From an uncultured Bacteroidales bacterium (GTDB taxonomy: Bacteria > Bacteroidota > Bacteroidia > Bacteroidales > WCHB1-69), in contig CAJOKR010000013.1 of NCBI GenBank assembly GCA_905235135.1, forward strand, positions 82-64,081: a stretch of DNA of 64,000 nt, given 5' to 3'. A program made the position numbers and the translations under genes. Shown in pieces: positions 7,455 through 17,490 of the stretch; the stretch's first letter is position 1; every line of letters begins with the position of its first letter. A model generated the notes under the pieces. That model ran no database searches. It saw only the letters and a program-made list of their open reading frames with translations, and was not told where the DNA came from.

Positions 7455-9937
7455 TGCTCACGATAGAGGTCAACGGTAACGCGCTGCATATCGCAAAGGG
7501 AACGTCCCTGCAGATGGAGGTGAACAGCTGCGTCTTCTCAACGGACGGCGTTGAGGGCGACATCATGTTCACCTTCGACGTGCCCGCCGCCAGCAACGAC
7601 ACGGTGTTCCGCCACGCCCGCTTCGTCTATGTGCAGCGGCTGAAGAAGTACGCTTGCACCGTCAAGGCGGGAGGGATAGAGATTGCACGCGGTGACCTCT
7701 ACATCCAAAAGGCGACACAGACCACGTACTCCTGCGGACTGGTCATCAACCCGTGGCCGGAAGGCTTTGCCGACAAAAAGCTGAAAGAGAACGACTACGG
7801 CGAGGATGTTGTCATCAGCCGCAATGCCACGGAACACAACGCCAAGTGGTTGGAGTTCCTCAAATCAACCCTCACTCCGGATTCCGTGGTCAAGTTCCCG
7901 CTGTTCCTGGACACGGCCTTTTATGGCAGCGGGAACAACGACTTCGGCTGGTTTCTCACGCAGTACGACAACGCGCCGGAGAATGTCAGCGGCATCCAAG
8001 CTTCTCTGAACACCAACGACAATGTGGGGCTTGACCGTTGCTACATCAACCGCCTCTTCTTCAACTCTGGCGGTGATGTGATAGAGGAAAGACCGGGAAA
8101 CCGAGGCGTGCGGGTGTTCAACAACCGCACCGCCGACAACCCCAACAGCTTCGCTTTCTGCCCAGCCCTCCAGCTTACATGGCTGCTGGGCAGGGTGGTG
8201 GCGAACGGGGGCTATCGGGCGGAGGGCGGATTCCTGCATGACACCGACACCGCAAAGATCTATTCGCAGAGTCTTCGCGCCTTGGACGGCCTGCTCACGC
8301 AGTTCGACAACGAGGCCGGATTCAGTGCTGGAATCACGCCGTCCGTGGACTACTACCACACCATGTTTGCCGGAATGCCACACTTCATGCAGCCGTTCAC
8401 CGATTCGGAGGGCAACGAGCAGTATCTTTTCTACCCCAAGGCCGACGGCACACACCATTTCCACGTGGTTGTCAGAACATACCTGCCCGCCAACGTGGTT
8501 CAGAACGGCACGACCGAAGTGGAGGAGAACGGCAACACCGTGACCAGGCACTACGAGGAGGCGCTTGTTTTCATGATGACCGACAGGCTGAACAATCTGT
8601 GGAAAGCCACGGCGTCAAGCCTCTACGGGAATTGGGACGACATGGATTCGCTGTTCGGCCACTGGTACCAGCCGTATTATGTGAAGACGTTCAAGTCCAA
8701 CCAGCTCTCCTCATTCGGCTATGCCGGAGCGGGCTTCTATGAGATAACTTTTGATTTCACCGTCAACGACATGGACAGAAACCAGATGTATATGTTTGCT
8801 TTCGCAAAGTGCAGGGGAATGATGGAAGAAGTCGGCGGATACGGCCAGCGGCTGGTGATCAAAGACTTCGAGAGCGTGCCGATTACCGCCGACGCGACCT
8901 CGTACAGCAAGGTCTATAACTGCTTCGCCGACAGACTGCGCTACGGCGAGCACGTCCCCGACCTTACCAACGCGGACTTCATCGGCACGCTGTGCAAGGC
9001 CTTTGGCCTGGCCATGTTCCTTGACTCCACCACCAAGCGGGCGGAGTTCGCCTTCGTGCGTGACATCCTTGAAAAGTCGGGCTTTCTCGACCTCACGGCA
9101 TACGCCGTGGACGGCGAGACCGCCATAGAGAAGACCGATGAGCGGAAATACGTTTTCAAGCTGGAGGGCGTGACCACGGACGAAACGGACAGCACCAAGA
9201 CGCTGCCCGCTGTGCCTACAGCGGACTGGCTGCCTGATGCAGCGGCCAACTACGGGAAAATCTGTTTCGTGGAGAATGAGAACCGCTACCGAAAGGCGGA
9301 GCGGGAGGGGGACAGCATCGCCAACTGGGTGTTCCGCTGGAACCCGCAGGGCGGTGCAAATCAAACCTTGAAGGCAGGGGAGGGAAGCGAGGAGAGCATG
9401 ACACCCACGCTGAAAGTTCCCGTGATGGAAATCACGGATTCCAAGTCCGAACACCCGGAGTTTGTCATGCGCATCGAGCAGGCGGGCTGCAGCCCTGTCT
9501 TCGACACGGGCAACACGGACTTCCCGATGGTGCTGGAGACCTACCTCGGTAGTCGTCAGCTGGCAATCCCGCAGGCGGGAAGCCCCTTCATAGAGGTGGC
9601 GCAGCCGACACGGCACTCCCGCTACGGCGACCCCCTTGACGGCGTTTCGCTGACCGTCCGTGGGGACAACTCCGTGGGGCAGCTGTGGGTGAGTTCGTGG
9701 CTGGACTTCCTCGCCAACTACGAGAAAGTGCGCTACCGCTTCCTGCTGCCGTTGTCGGAGTTCCTCAACCTTTGGCGGCTGCTGAAGCCGCAGGACGGGC
9801 GGGTGCAGAGTCACACCCGCTGGCTGCTGGTCGCCGGAGTGAAGAGCCTGCCCGTCAAAATTACCTTCCAGTTCACCGAGGGCGGCGAATCCGTCACTGC
9901 CGAAGTGGAGGCCGCGAAACTTAAAGTGACACTTTAA
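7454..9937 (+). CDS. large phage structural protein (baseplate or host-recognition candidate)
   Basis: 827-aa ORF with TAATG overlap to the fibre-like gene. Last gene of the tail module. No motif recognised. Confidence 0.6.
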   Translation: MLTIEVNGNALHIAKGTSLQMEVNSCVFSTDGVEGDIMFTFDVPAASNDTVFRHARFVYVQRLKKYACTVKAGGIEIARGDLYIQKATQTTYSCGLVINPWPEGFADKKLKENDYGEDVVISRNATEHNAKWLEFLKSTLTPDSVVKFPLFLDTAFYGSGNNDFGWFLTQYDNAPENVSGIQASLNTNDNVGLDRCYINRLFFNSGGDVIEERPGNRGVRVFNNRTADNPNSFAFCPALQLTWLLGRVVANGGYRAEGGFLHDTDTAKIYSQSLRALDGLLTQFDNEAGFSAGITPSVDYYHTMFAGMPHFMQPFTDSEGNEQYLFYPKADGTHHFHVVVRTYLPANVVQNGTTEVEENGNTVTRHYEEALVFMMTDRLNNLWKATASSLYGNWDDMDSLFGHWYQPYYVKTFKSNQLSSFGYAGAGFYEITFDFTVNDMDRNQMYMFAFAKCRGMMEEVGGYGQRLVIKDFESVPITADATSYSKVYNCFADRLRYGEHVPDLTNADFIGTLCKAFGLAMFLDSTTKRAEFAFVRDILEKSGFLDLTAYAVDGETAIEKTDERKYVFKLEGVTTDETDSTKTLPAVPTADWLPDAAANYGKICFVENENRYRKAEREGDSIANWVFRWNPQGGANQTLKAGEGSEESMTPTLKVPVMEITDSKSEHPEFVMRIEQAGCSPVFDTGNTDFPMVLETYLGSRQLAIPQAGSPFIEVAQPTRHSRYGDPLDGVSLTVRGDNSVGQLWVSSWLDFLANYEKVRYRFLLPLSEFLNLWRLLKPQDGRVQSHTRWLLVAGVKSLPVKITFQFTEGGESVTAEVEAAKLKVTL

Positions 9938-11127
9938 TTAGGGTCTTTTTCGTATGCAAAACCAGGGGCTTTCTCTCGTATCAATTCACTGAGGTGCGGG
10001 TCTGCATGGTTGGAATAGAGCGTTGTCATAGAGAGTGAGTAGTGGTCAGCCAGCTGCTTGACATCAAGGCCGTGTTTGAGCATTTCCGTGATACCCGTGT
10101 CGCGCAAGGAGTACTGCTGCATCTCCATCGGCAAATCGAACATCTTACGCAACTTGTCCCAGTACTTTCGGTATGGGCGCGGAGAAGCTGGTGTCTTTCC
10201 GGGCTTTTGGTAGGCACTGAACAAGTAATGTTCCGCCGGATGTCTGTCAAGGTTCAGTTTCAAAAGTAACTGTTCAATTTCTTTGGTCATGGGGACAATC
10301 CTCTGTTTGCCGTTTTTGGAGACTTCCGCCCTCACGGTGATGGTCTTGTTTGCCATGGAAACATCCCCGACCAAGAGCATCAGAATCTCTTTCGGACGCA
10401 GCAAAGCCCCGTAAATCAGTTCCAGGAACACGAGATAACCCGGATTGTTTTCCACGAGGTACTTTTGAATCTCCACGCGCTTTTCAACAGGAATAAGGAC
10501 ACGCTTTTTCTGCCCGACCTTCTTTGTCTTGATTTTTTGGAAGTGATTCTCCTTGCAATAGCACTTTTCTATCATCCAAGAAAACAACGCACTTCCGTTC
10601 TTGACATAGTTGTTGTACGTCCGTGGGCTGATGTCGCCGTCCCTGCCACATCTTTCGTTCTGAACATAGTCCATGAACTGCACAATCATACTGTGCGAAA
10701 TCATGGAACTGTAGATTTTCGGTGCTGTTTTTGCGAGCCATTCGCCAAATATTCCGGCGAAGGAGATGTAAGATCGGGCGGTCGTCGAGCGATGCTCTTT
10801 CTGCGCATCCTCCTTGTAGAGTTCCAACACTTCAGACATGGGCGTGTACATGCGCGAATCCTCTCCTTGGAAGTAAGGATTCCAACCCGTAGAGAGCTTC
10901 ATGTTAAGAGCAACAACAATGTTGTTGATATGTTTCTTAGCTTCCGTCTTGGAAGAATATCGGCTTAGAAGCCGCTGGAGTTTGATTCGCTTACGCGCCA
11001 GTTCTTGTGTCTGTGGATTCTCCACATAGTATTCAATCAACCAACCTGACTTGTTGGTTTTCACCGGCAGATAGTTTGTCGCGGCATACGCCGAAGATAC
11101 GGCTAACCTGTTCTGACTATATGACAT
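9934..11127 (-). CDS. tyrosine-type site-specific integrase
   Basis: 397 aa. C-terminal catalytic boxes LLRPKE (Arg), YSLRDTG (H/Y-x-x-R) and HYSLSMTTLY (His...Tyr). Adjacent to the 3' end of tRNA-Gly. Confidence 0.85.
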   Translation of the reverse strand: MSYSQNRLAVSSAYAATNYLPVKTNKSGWLIEYYVENPQTQELARKRIKLQRLLSRYSSKTEAKKHINNIVVALNMKLSTGWNPYFQGEDSRMYTPMSEVLELYKEDAQKEHRSTTARSYISFAGIFGEWLAKTAPKIYSSMISHSMIVQFMDYVQNERCGRDGDISPRTYNNYVKNGSALFSWMIEKCYCKENHFQKIKTKKVGQKKRVLIPVEKRVEIQKYLVENNPGYLVFLELIYGALLRPKEILMLLVGDVSMANKTITVRAEVSKNGKQRIVPMTKEIEQLLLKLNLDRHPAEHYLFSAYQKPGKTPASPRPYRKYWDKLRKMFDLPMEMQQYSLRDTGITEMLKHGLDVKQLADHYSLSMTTLYSNHADPHLSELIREKAPGFAYEKDPN

Positions 11128-11253
11128 TTTTTTTTTGAGTCTTGCTCAGCAAGTCTCAAAATGATGTTTGTCCCGTTTCTGTCCCGATTTTAAAACAGAA
11201 ATCAGCAACCTACCGTTGTAAGTTGCTGACACTGATTAAATTGGAGACGTTTG

Positions 11254-11326
11254 AGCGGTAGACGGGGTTCGAACCCGCGACCTGCGGCTTGGGAAGCCGC
11301 CGCTCTGCCAACTGAGCTACTACCGC
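11254..11326 (-). tRNA. tRNA-Gly (anticodon CCC)
   Basis: The reverse complement GCGGTAGTAGCTCAGTTGGCAGAGCGGCGGCTTCCCAAGCCGCAGGTCGCGGGTTCGAACCCCGTCTACCGCT folds as a cloverleaf. Acceptor GCGGTAG/CTACCGC, anticodon loop TTCCCAA, T-loop GGTTCGAA. Confidence 0.9.
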
Positions 11327-11330
11327 GTTT

Positions 11331-11417
11331 TGGTTTAAGGTTGATGGTTCATGGTTTAAGGATTCTGTCGATTCACGAGGCTATCCTTAAACCCTAAACC
11401 TTAAACATTAAACCTTA
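11331..11417. repeat. heptamer-array hairpin (GTTTAAG / CCTTAAA type)
   Basis: Left arm TGGTTTA AGGTTGA TGGTTCA TGGTTTA AGGAT. Right arm ATCCTTA AACCCTA AACCTTA AACATTA AACCTTA. An 11-bp perfect stem GGTTTAAGGAT/ATCCTTAAACC sits next to the loop. The ychF stop codon is inside the right arm. Confidence 0.75.
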
Positions 11418-12498
11418 TGTGCAAGATGTCGCCGTCCTGCACTTCGTAGTTCTTGCCTTCCACCGACAACTTGCCGGCTTCCTTGCATTTCAGTTCCGAT
11501 CCGTATTGCACCAGATCGTTGTATTTGATGACCTCGGCGCGGATGAAGCCGCGTTCCAGGTCGCTGTGGATGACGCCCGCCGCTTGCGGTGCCAACATGC
11601 CCCGCTTGATGGTCCAAGCGCGGTTTTCTTTGCCGCCGACGGTGAAGAAGGAGATGAGATCCAGCATTTTGTAGGCCGCGCGGATCACCTTGTTGACGCC
11701 CGGCTCGGTCAAGCCCACGTCTTCCAAGAAGGCCTTGCGGTCCTCCTCACTCTCCAACTCAGCAATTTCGGATTCGATCTTGGCACCAATGACCAGCATC
11801 TCTCCGCCGTTCTCTTCAACATATTTCTTCACAGCCTCAGAATAGGCATTTCCGGTGGCCGCGTCGTCATCATTCACGTTGCAGACGAACATCACGGGTT
11901 TCTCGGTGAGCAGCATCATATCGGCGACGACTGCCTTTTCGTCAGCGGTAACCTCCAAGGTGCGCACATTCTGGAAACCTTCGAGATGTTCCTTGTATTT
12001 CTTCAAAACCTCATAGTCGTGCTTGGCGTTCTTGTCACCAATCTTGGCGGCCTTTTCCACCTTGCTGATCTTGCGCTCAACCTGCTCCAGATCCTTGCAC
12101 TGCAACTCGAAATCCACAATCTCAATGTCGCGGACAGGATCCACAGAACCTTCCTCGTGAGGTAAGGCAGGGTTGTCAAAACAGCGCAGCACGTGGATGA
12201 GCGCGTCGCACAGGCGCACGTCCGCGAGGAAGCTATTGCCGATGCCCGCACCAGTGCTGGCACCTTTTGCCAGACCGGGAATATCCACTAAATCCAAATT
12301 GGCGAAGACCAACTTGTCGGCATGGATAAAGGTGTTGATATGCATCAGACGCTCGTCGGGCACTTGGCACACGCCGATATTGGACTTGTTGGTACTGTAC
12401 GCAAAATCCGTCACCTCCGCCTTTGTGTTGGAGATGCAGTTGAACATCGTGGTCTTACCCGAGTTCGTCAGTCCTACTATGCCGCATTTCAATCCCAT
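11401..12498 (-). CDS. ychF: redox-regulated ATPase YchF
   Basis: 365 aa. The start MGLKCGIVGLTNSGKTTMFN carries a G1 P-loop, and the C-terminal TGS-like end matches YchF length and architecture. Confidence 0.9.
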   Translation of the reverse strand: MGLKCGIVGLTNSGKTTMFNCISNTKAEVTDFAYSTNKSNIGVCQVPDERLMHINTFIHADKLVFANLDLVDIPGLAKGASTGAGIGNSFLADVRLCDALIHVLRCFDNPALPHEEGSVDPVRDIEIVDFELQCKDLEQVERKISKVEKAAKIGDKNAKHDYEVLKKYKEHLEGFQNVRTLEVTADEKAVVADMMLLTEKPVMFVCNVNDDDAATGNAYSEAVKKYVEENGGEMLVIGAKIESEIAELESEEDRKAFLEDVGLTEPGVNKVIRAAYKMLDLISFFTVGGKENRAWTIKRGMLAPQAAGVIHSDLERGFIRAEVIKYNDLVQYGSELKCKEAGKLSVEGKNYEVQDGDILHIRFNV

Positions 12499-12509
12499 AA
12501 TGTAACGAA

Positions 12510-12758
12510 TTAGAACCCGAGAACAACGTCTTCGACGTGGTCAATTTCGGGCAAATAGTGTTTGATCGTCTGTTCCACGCCGTTTTTGAGGGTCATCTTG
12601 GCGTGGGGGCAGGTGCCGCACGCGCCTTGCAGACGCACCTTCACGACATTGTCGGGGGTGAGCTCCACAAACTCGATGTTGCCGCCGTCCTGCTCAAGAT
12701 AGGGGCGGATCTGGTCGATGATCGAGATGACCTTTTGTTCTAACGTGGGATTTTCCAT
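12510..12758 (-). CDS. NifU/Nfu-type Fe-S cluster assembly protein
   Basis: About 82 aa from ATG 12758. Motifs DGGNIEFVEL and GACGTCPHAKMTLK (CxxC). A -7 box lies 20 nt upstream. Confidence 0.8.
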   Translation of the reverse strand: MENPTLEQKVISIIDQIRPYLEQDGGNIEFVELTPDNVVKVRLQGACGTCPHAKMTLKNGVEQTIKHYLPEIDHVEDVVLGF

Positions 12759-12777
12759 ATCTTCAAATTTTAGGCTG

Positions 12778-12785
12778 CAAAGATA
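12778..12785 (-). promoter_or_regulatory. Bacteroidota -7 promoter box (TATCTTTG)
   Basis: Reverse complement matches TAnnTTTG, 20 nt upstream of ATG 12758. Confidence 0.55.
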
Positions 12786-12817
12786 CAATTTTTTTTGATG
12801 TGCGGTGCGTATCCGAA

Positions 12818-14683
12818 TTATTCTTGGTCAACGGTCAGCTGTTGCAGCAGGGAGTCGGCGACCATCGCCATGGTGTCATTTTCGGCCCATTGGCGGAAGC
12901 TGGCCTCGTTGCGGTAGAAGGCGACCATGGGCTTCTGCTCGAACGTCATCAGGTGCAGGGTGCTGTCGGGCGGCCAAGTGCCGTTGCGCAGCTGCGTGAC
13001 CGGAATCTGGTTGCAGTAGGCCACATAGTAGTCCCACACGGTGTCCAACCGATCGTAATCCTTGAATATGAGGTTGATATTAGGGTCTTTATCGTAGAAA
13101 AGTCCGCAGGCGGCATTGCCGTTGGTGGCCACCACGACGGGCCGCTCGGTATAATGCCGGCCGATGTCGTGCGCGTAGATGTAATCCCTCATCCACTCGT
13201 TGGCCTCCTTGTTGGCCTCGAAGTTGCTGTCCAAGGCGTATTTCGCGTAGGCATTGTGGATACCGCCCGAAATCTCGTTGAAATAGAGGGTGGTGTAAGG
13301 GCTATTGATCAGGATGTGGCGGATGGGCATGAAACTGAGCAGCGCCATCAGTCCTAAAATCACGAAATTGGTGTAACGGTCGTTGATTTGCCGCAGTGTG
13401 CATTCCACACCGCTGGCCGCCACCAGCATAAACAGCGGATAGATGCAGTAGTGGATGGCCCACAACGTGTCAGGGTTCATGTAGTGCGTCTTCACGCGGT
13501 TGATGCAGAACATGAACGTATATATAAATATGAATATGGAGAACGGCTTCAGCGACTTGATGGCGTTCTTGAAAAAGATGAAGAAGAGCAGGAAGCTGAT
13601 GAGTACGACCGTCGGGGTGGTGATGAACAGATACTTGGTGATGTAGCGTTTCGGGAAGTTGTCCGGGCCGATGAATTGCCCTTCGAAAATCTGGTTTTGG
13701 TCGAACGGGATGTTGGTGACTAAGGAGGCGAATGCCTTGTTGGGGGTGATGAAGGAGGTTTCTAAATACCAAGTGCAGAGGGTGTGGATGACGCCCACCG
13801 TGACCCACATCACGACGACGGAAAGGGCCACAAGACTGAGTGCCCGCAGGTATTCCTGGGTGAACATCTTCTTGATGGGGTTGTAGAGGAAGAAGTTGAG
13901 CAGCGTGAAAACCAGGAAGAAGTGCAGCAGCGAGGCGCCGGCGTTGTGGACCGATAGCGTGAGCAGGATGCCGATGGCGATGCGGATGAGCCGCGAGATT
14001 CGGATTACCGGCAGCTCGCGACTGAAATAGTACATCTGCATGATGCTGTAAATGAAGAAGAAAGCAAAGGTCACATCGACCACGTTGCTCAGCGAATACC
14101 CGAAAAACCTCGGCGAAAGGAATAGGAAGAACGCTGTGAAGAATGCCGCCCGCCAGCTGAACGCTCGTAGTAATATGAACGACAGATAGACTACAATTAA
14201 CCAGCCAAAAACCGTGCTCAATAAGTGCCTGAACCTATATACATCGTTGAAATTCAGTGATTTGGCTAAAGAATAAATCAGCAGGTCGATGGTTTGCGCC
14301 TGCGTGTGCGCGTAAGGGTGCGCACGGTACGCGTCAGGATCGCCGATGTGGTGGAAGTGGTTGTACAACAGCTCGGAATACTCGTTCTGTGCCACTTCTC
14401 GGTCGGAGACACCGATGCGCTGGCACAGCACCAGCATCCATATCAATGCCACCACCAACAGCAGCATCCACAGGTACTTGAATACGTCGTCAGCGGTCTT
14501 GAGTGACAGATTGAACTGGCTTTTCTCAATCTGATACTTGATTTTCTTCTTATTGACTTTCGAAAAACGGACCTGCCAGACGTTATCATCAAAGAGATTG
14601 TCGTAATAGAGGAACTTATCCACAACGTTTTTGATGCGGATAAAGATACGTTCCCATATATTGGTGGTCTCTTTGTTGGGCAT
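12818..14683 (-). CDS. large polytopic membrane protein, possible GT-C/ArnT-like glycosyltransferase
   Basis: About 621 aa from ATG 14683 (TAATATG junction with the WbqC gene). Many hydrophobic segments. The functional guess rests only on size, topology and the WbqC neighbour. Confidence 0.5.
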   Translation of the reverse strand: MPNKETTNIWERIFIRIKNVVDKFLYYDNLFDDNVWQVRFSKVNKKKIKYQIEKSQFNLSLKTADDVFKYLWMLLLVVALIWMLVLCQRIGVSDREVAQNEYSELLYNHFHHIGDPDAYRAHPYAHTQAQTIDLLIYSLAKSLNFNDVYRFRHLLSTVFGWLIVVYLSFILLRAFSWRAAFFTAFFLFLSPRFFGYSLSNVVDVTFAFFFIYSIMQMYYFSRELPVIRISRLIRIAIGILLTLSVHNAGASLLHFFLVFTLLNFFLYNPIKKMFTQEYLRALSLVALSVVVMWVTVGVIHTLCTWYLETSFITPNKAFASLVTNIPFDQNQIFEGQFIGPDNFPKRYITKYLFITTPTVVLISFLLFFIFFKNAIKSLKPFSIFIFIYTFMFCINRVKTHYMNPDTLWAIHYCIYPLFMLVAASGVECTLRQINDRYTNFVILGLMALLSFMPIRHILINSPYTTLYFNEISGGIHNAYAKYALDSNFEANKEANEWMRDYIYAHDIGRHYTERPVVVATNGNAACGLFYDKDPNINLIFKDYDRLDTVWDYYVAYCNQIPVTQLRNGTWPPDSTLHLMTFEQKPMVAFYRNEASFRQWAENDTMAMVADSLLQQLTVDQE

Positions 14684-14684
14684 A

Positions 14685-15320
14685 TTAGCGGGTCTCGAAT
14701 TGGGTAAGAAGCTGTCGGAGGTAGGTGGCGGCCTGCGGTCCCTCGTTAAAAAGCAGGTCAATGACGGAAAGGTTGGGCACGAACCCGAACTTATCCTCAA
14801 AAACTTGATAGTAAGGGGTTTTTAGCCGGAAAGGATAATCCTCTTTGCGCGAATGTTTCGGATGAATGAGCAGTCGCGTATCTTCAGAGGTGTAGGGCGT
14901 AAACGTCGTGGTAGTTTGGATTTCGCGGTCGAGGCGCAGGAGCTGCATCAGCGTTTGGATGAGCTGCAGGTTGAAATCGAAGAGGTATTCGTATTCCCGC
15001 TCGAAAAACGGTTTCAGCGCATCCTTGTAGTAGAGGTAGTAAGGGGTGTTGTTGTAGGCCGACTCGATGGAACGCCAATGCGCACGTTGCCAGGGCGTTA
15101 CATACTCGATGCGGACATCCTTGACAATACCCATCCTGCCGTCATGAATGGTGGGGATGATGAGATTCAGCGCCCCATTGCCGTTCATGATGACTGTCCG
15201 GTTGCGGTAGGACTGCTTCTGGTACCGCTCCTCACGCTCGATGGCGGCGTTTTCGGACAAAAGCAGCGCGAAATACTCTACCGGCGGGAGATAGGCGGTG
15301 GATAGCAGGACCTGGTACAC
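14685..15320 (-). CDS. WbqC-family protein
   Basis: 211 aa. The N-terminus STAYLPPVEYFALLL...ERYQKQSYRNRTVI is typical of WbqC-like proteins. Confidence 0.7.
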   Translation of the reverse strand: MYQVLLSTAYLPPVEYFALLLSENAAIEREERYQKQSYRNRTVIMNGNGALNLIIPTIHDGRMGIVKDVRIEYVTPWQRAHWRSIESAYNNTPYYLYYKDALKPFFEREYEYLFDFNLQLIQTLMQLLRLDREIQTTTTFTPYTSEDTRLLIHPKHSRKEDYPFRLKTPYYQVFEDKFGFVPNLSVIDLLFNEGPQAATYLRQLLTQFETR

Positions 15321-15322
15321 GG

Positions 15323-16996
15323 TTAACGGGCGATGACCAGTTTGGATTTGTAGTTACGCTCGGAACCGACCAGCTCGACGAAATAGACGCCATTTTCGAG
15401 GCTGCTGACGTTCAGCGTGAAGGTGGCGTCCGTGGTGACGGTACGGCTCATAACCAGCTGGCCCATCGTGTTATAGACATTGCAAACGGCCTCTTCGGAC
15501 ATGAATTCGCCTTGGATGGTGACGAAGCCATCTTGAGCCGGGTTGGGGTAGATGTCGAACGTGGTGGCCTTGAGGTTGTGGTCTTGAATGCCCACGACGG
15601 AACCATCATATTTCATGCCGGGAAGATACATCACACCAGTGTTATCGGGATCGAGCCAAGGTTGCAGTTTGCGATTATTGTTGCTGTTGTTGTTGTTTGT
15701 CCAGTGGTAGGACATACGGCCGTAGTTGTCGGTACCTTGCGGGTAGTCACAGTAGCTTGAACCGCTCGTCAACGTTCCGATAATCAGCTGGTTGGCGTTG
15801 AACAACGGGGAACCGGAAGAACCTTGCTCGGTCACACCCTCGTTGGGGTTGGTCTTCCAGTGGACCACGAAATATTTGTTCGCCATCTGACCGGTCGTGG
15901 GTGCGCTGATGCTTTGCGGGAAGCTGATTTTTTTCCAATCGCCACCAGGGTGATGGATGCCGGATCCCACGGATGACGCACCGCTGCGATCCCAGCCGGC
16001 GAAGAAGATGCTGTCGCGGAAGGTGACACTCAGGCTGCCAGTGATTTTCAGCAGAGCAAAGTCGGAAGCGGCCATCGAGTTTGTCGTGTTGGAGCGGGCC
16101 ACAATAGTTCCGCCATTAGTCACCTTGTAGTTACCGGTGTTGCCACCGCAATCGTATGTCTGATAATTGAAATAGAACTTATGGGTCTGATTATCTGATT
16201 CAATGCAGTGGTCTGCGGTGAGCACGTAAGGGGTTTTATCCATGCGGACGTTATTGACCGTGGCACCGGAACAGAGGAATCCGGCATAGCCTCCTTCTGA
16301 CGGAACGTATGCGGTGATACCGATGCAGACCACCGACTTGATGGGGTAGTTCCAGCCTTGCGCGTCGGGACATACCACATCGATGTGGCAGTTGCCATCC
16401 GCAGTGCCGATGGGGCCTTTGCTGTCGTCGCGCACACCTAAGAAGTCGCGGTAAACGTGCATCACAGCAGCAATATTGATTTCACCCTTGAAAGCGGCGT
16501 TGGCGGGCTCGTAGTATTCCAGAATCAGCTCGTCGCCGATGATGTTGTCAGTCTCCATCGCACCCACCTCCTGAATGTCGGCGTTGGTGTACGGACCGTA
16601 AACTTGCTCACGGTCAGGACTATAAACGAAGAGCTTACCCTCTGCGGGGATGTTGAGTTTGTCGAGTACTAAGTAGGTCATGACAGCGCCTTCCGACACG
16701 AATTTGGCGCGCCAGAGCGTACCGCCGTCTTCCGTAATGTCTTTCCGGCCCGCATTATCGAACGTCTTGTCCACCTTGTAGCCGATACCCATACGCAACG
16801 GACGCGACTTCTCCTGAACCGAAGCATCCTCGTTGAGGAGCTTTTCAACGTTCGTGGCAGGCATCATTTGGACATCCACAGACTGTGAAATACCTTTCAT
16901 GCCGAAAGAGTAGGGGAGTTCGCCGGTTTCCGTTTGGGCGAATAACATGCTGGTTAACAAGGCGAAAACTGCCGTAAGGATAAAATATTTTTTCAT
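15323..16996 (-). CDS. secreted trypsin-fold serine endopeptidase (lysyl endopeptidase-like) with T9SS C-terminal sorting domain
   Basis: Signal peptide MKKYFILTAVFALLTSMLFAQ. Catalytic-type motifs TADHC and GSSGSPLF. The C-terminus IYPNPAQDGFVTI...YFVELVG...KLVIAR looks like a Por secretion tail. Confidence 0.75.
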   Translation of the reverse strand: MKKYFILTAVFALLTSMLFAQTETGELPYSFGMKGISQSVDVQMMPATNVEKLLNEDASVQEKSRPLRMGIGYKVDKTFDNAGRKDITEDGGTLWRAKFVSEGAVMTYLVLDKLNIPAEGKLFVYSPDREQVYGPYTNADIQEVGAMETDNIIGDELILEYYEPANAAFKGEINIAAVMHVYRDFLGVRDDSKGPIGTADGNCHIDVVCPDAQGWNYPIKSVVCIGITAYVPSEGGYAGFLCSGATVNNVRMDKTPYVLTADHCIESDNQTHKFYFNYQTYDCGGNTGNYKVTNGGTIVARSNTTNSMAASDFALLKITGSLSVTFRDSIFFAGWDRSGASSVGSGIHHPGGDWKKISFPQSISAPTTGQMANKYFVVHWKTNPNEGVTEQGSSGSPLFNANQLIIGTLTSGSSYCDYPQGTDNYGRMSYHWTNNNNSNNNRKLQPWLDPDNTGVMYLPGMKYDGSVVGIQDHNLKATTFDIYPNPAQDGFVTIQGEFMSEEAVCNVYNTMGQLVMSRTVTTDATFTLNVSSLENGVYFVELVGSERNYKSKLVIAR

Positions 16997-17023
16997 ACTG
17001 TAAAACGATAAAATTCAAGGCCG

Positions 17024-17031
17024 CAAAAGTA
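17024..17031 (-). promoter_or_regulatory. -7 promoter box (TACTTTTG)
   Basis: Reverse complement matches TAnnTTTG, 28 nt upstream of ATG 16996. Confidence 0.5.
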
Positions 17032-17043
17032 AAAAAAAAATCG

Positions 17044-17051
17044 TATTTTTG
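17044..17051 (+). promoter_or_regulatory. -7 promoter box (TATTTTTG)
   Basis: Matches TAnnTTTG, 14 nt upstream of the rsfS start. Confidence 0.5.
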
Positions 17052-17064
17052 CAACCGTTTTAAA

Positions 17065-17454
17065 ATGAGAAGAATGACAGTAAAGAGAAAAGTGAAATTT
17101 GAAGGTGTTCCCTACGAAGGAAACCTGGAAGAGTTAATCATACAAGCCCTGATTGAGAAGCAGGGAGTGGATATCCATTGCGTCAACTTGAAGAAAATCA
17201 ACCACGTTTATTTCGACTATTTTATAGTCTGCACCGGCAACTCCAAGCCGCATGTGGAGACGTTGTGCGACTTTGTGCAGGAGCAGACCCAGCGCGTGGC
17301 CGGCGTCAAACCGCTGCACGTCGAGGGGCTCGAAAACAAAGAGTGGGTGCTGCTCGACTATTTCAATATCCTGGTCCACATTTTCCTCCCCGAGGCCCGC
17401 GAGCACTACCAGCTTGAGTCTCTCTGGGGCGATGCGGATATCCAGAAGTTTTAA
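17065..17454 (+). CDS. rsfS: ribosome silencing factor RsfS
   Basis: 129 aa. The motif FDYFIVCTGNSKPHV...WVLLDYFNILVHIF is typical of RsfS/IojAP. Lies upstream of ftsH. Confidence 0.85.
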   Translation: MRRMTVKRKVKFEGVPYEGNLEELIIQALIEKQGVDIHCVNLKKINHVYFDYFIVCTGNSKPHVETLCDFVQEQTQRVAGVKPLHVEGLENKEWVLLDYFNILVHIFLPEAREHYQLESLWGDADIQKF

Positions 17455-17490
17455 GGCAAAAGGCAATAGGCAATAGTAATTGGAAATTAA
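17454..17490. repeat. heptamer array filling the rsfS-ftsH spacer
   Basis: AGGCAAA AGGCAAT AGGCAAT AGTAATT GGAAATT AATG. It starts at the last base of the rsfS TAA and ends at the ftsH ATG. Confidence 0.7.

Noticed and set aside
7865-9814. Minus-strand ORFs 7865..8551 and 8711..9814 inside the 827-aa phage gene
   Set aside because: These are shadow ORFs with an implausible Arg/His/Gly-rich composition.
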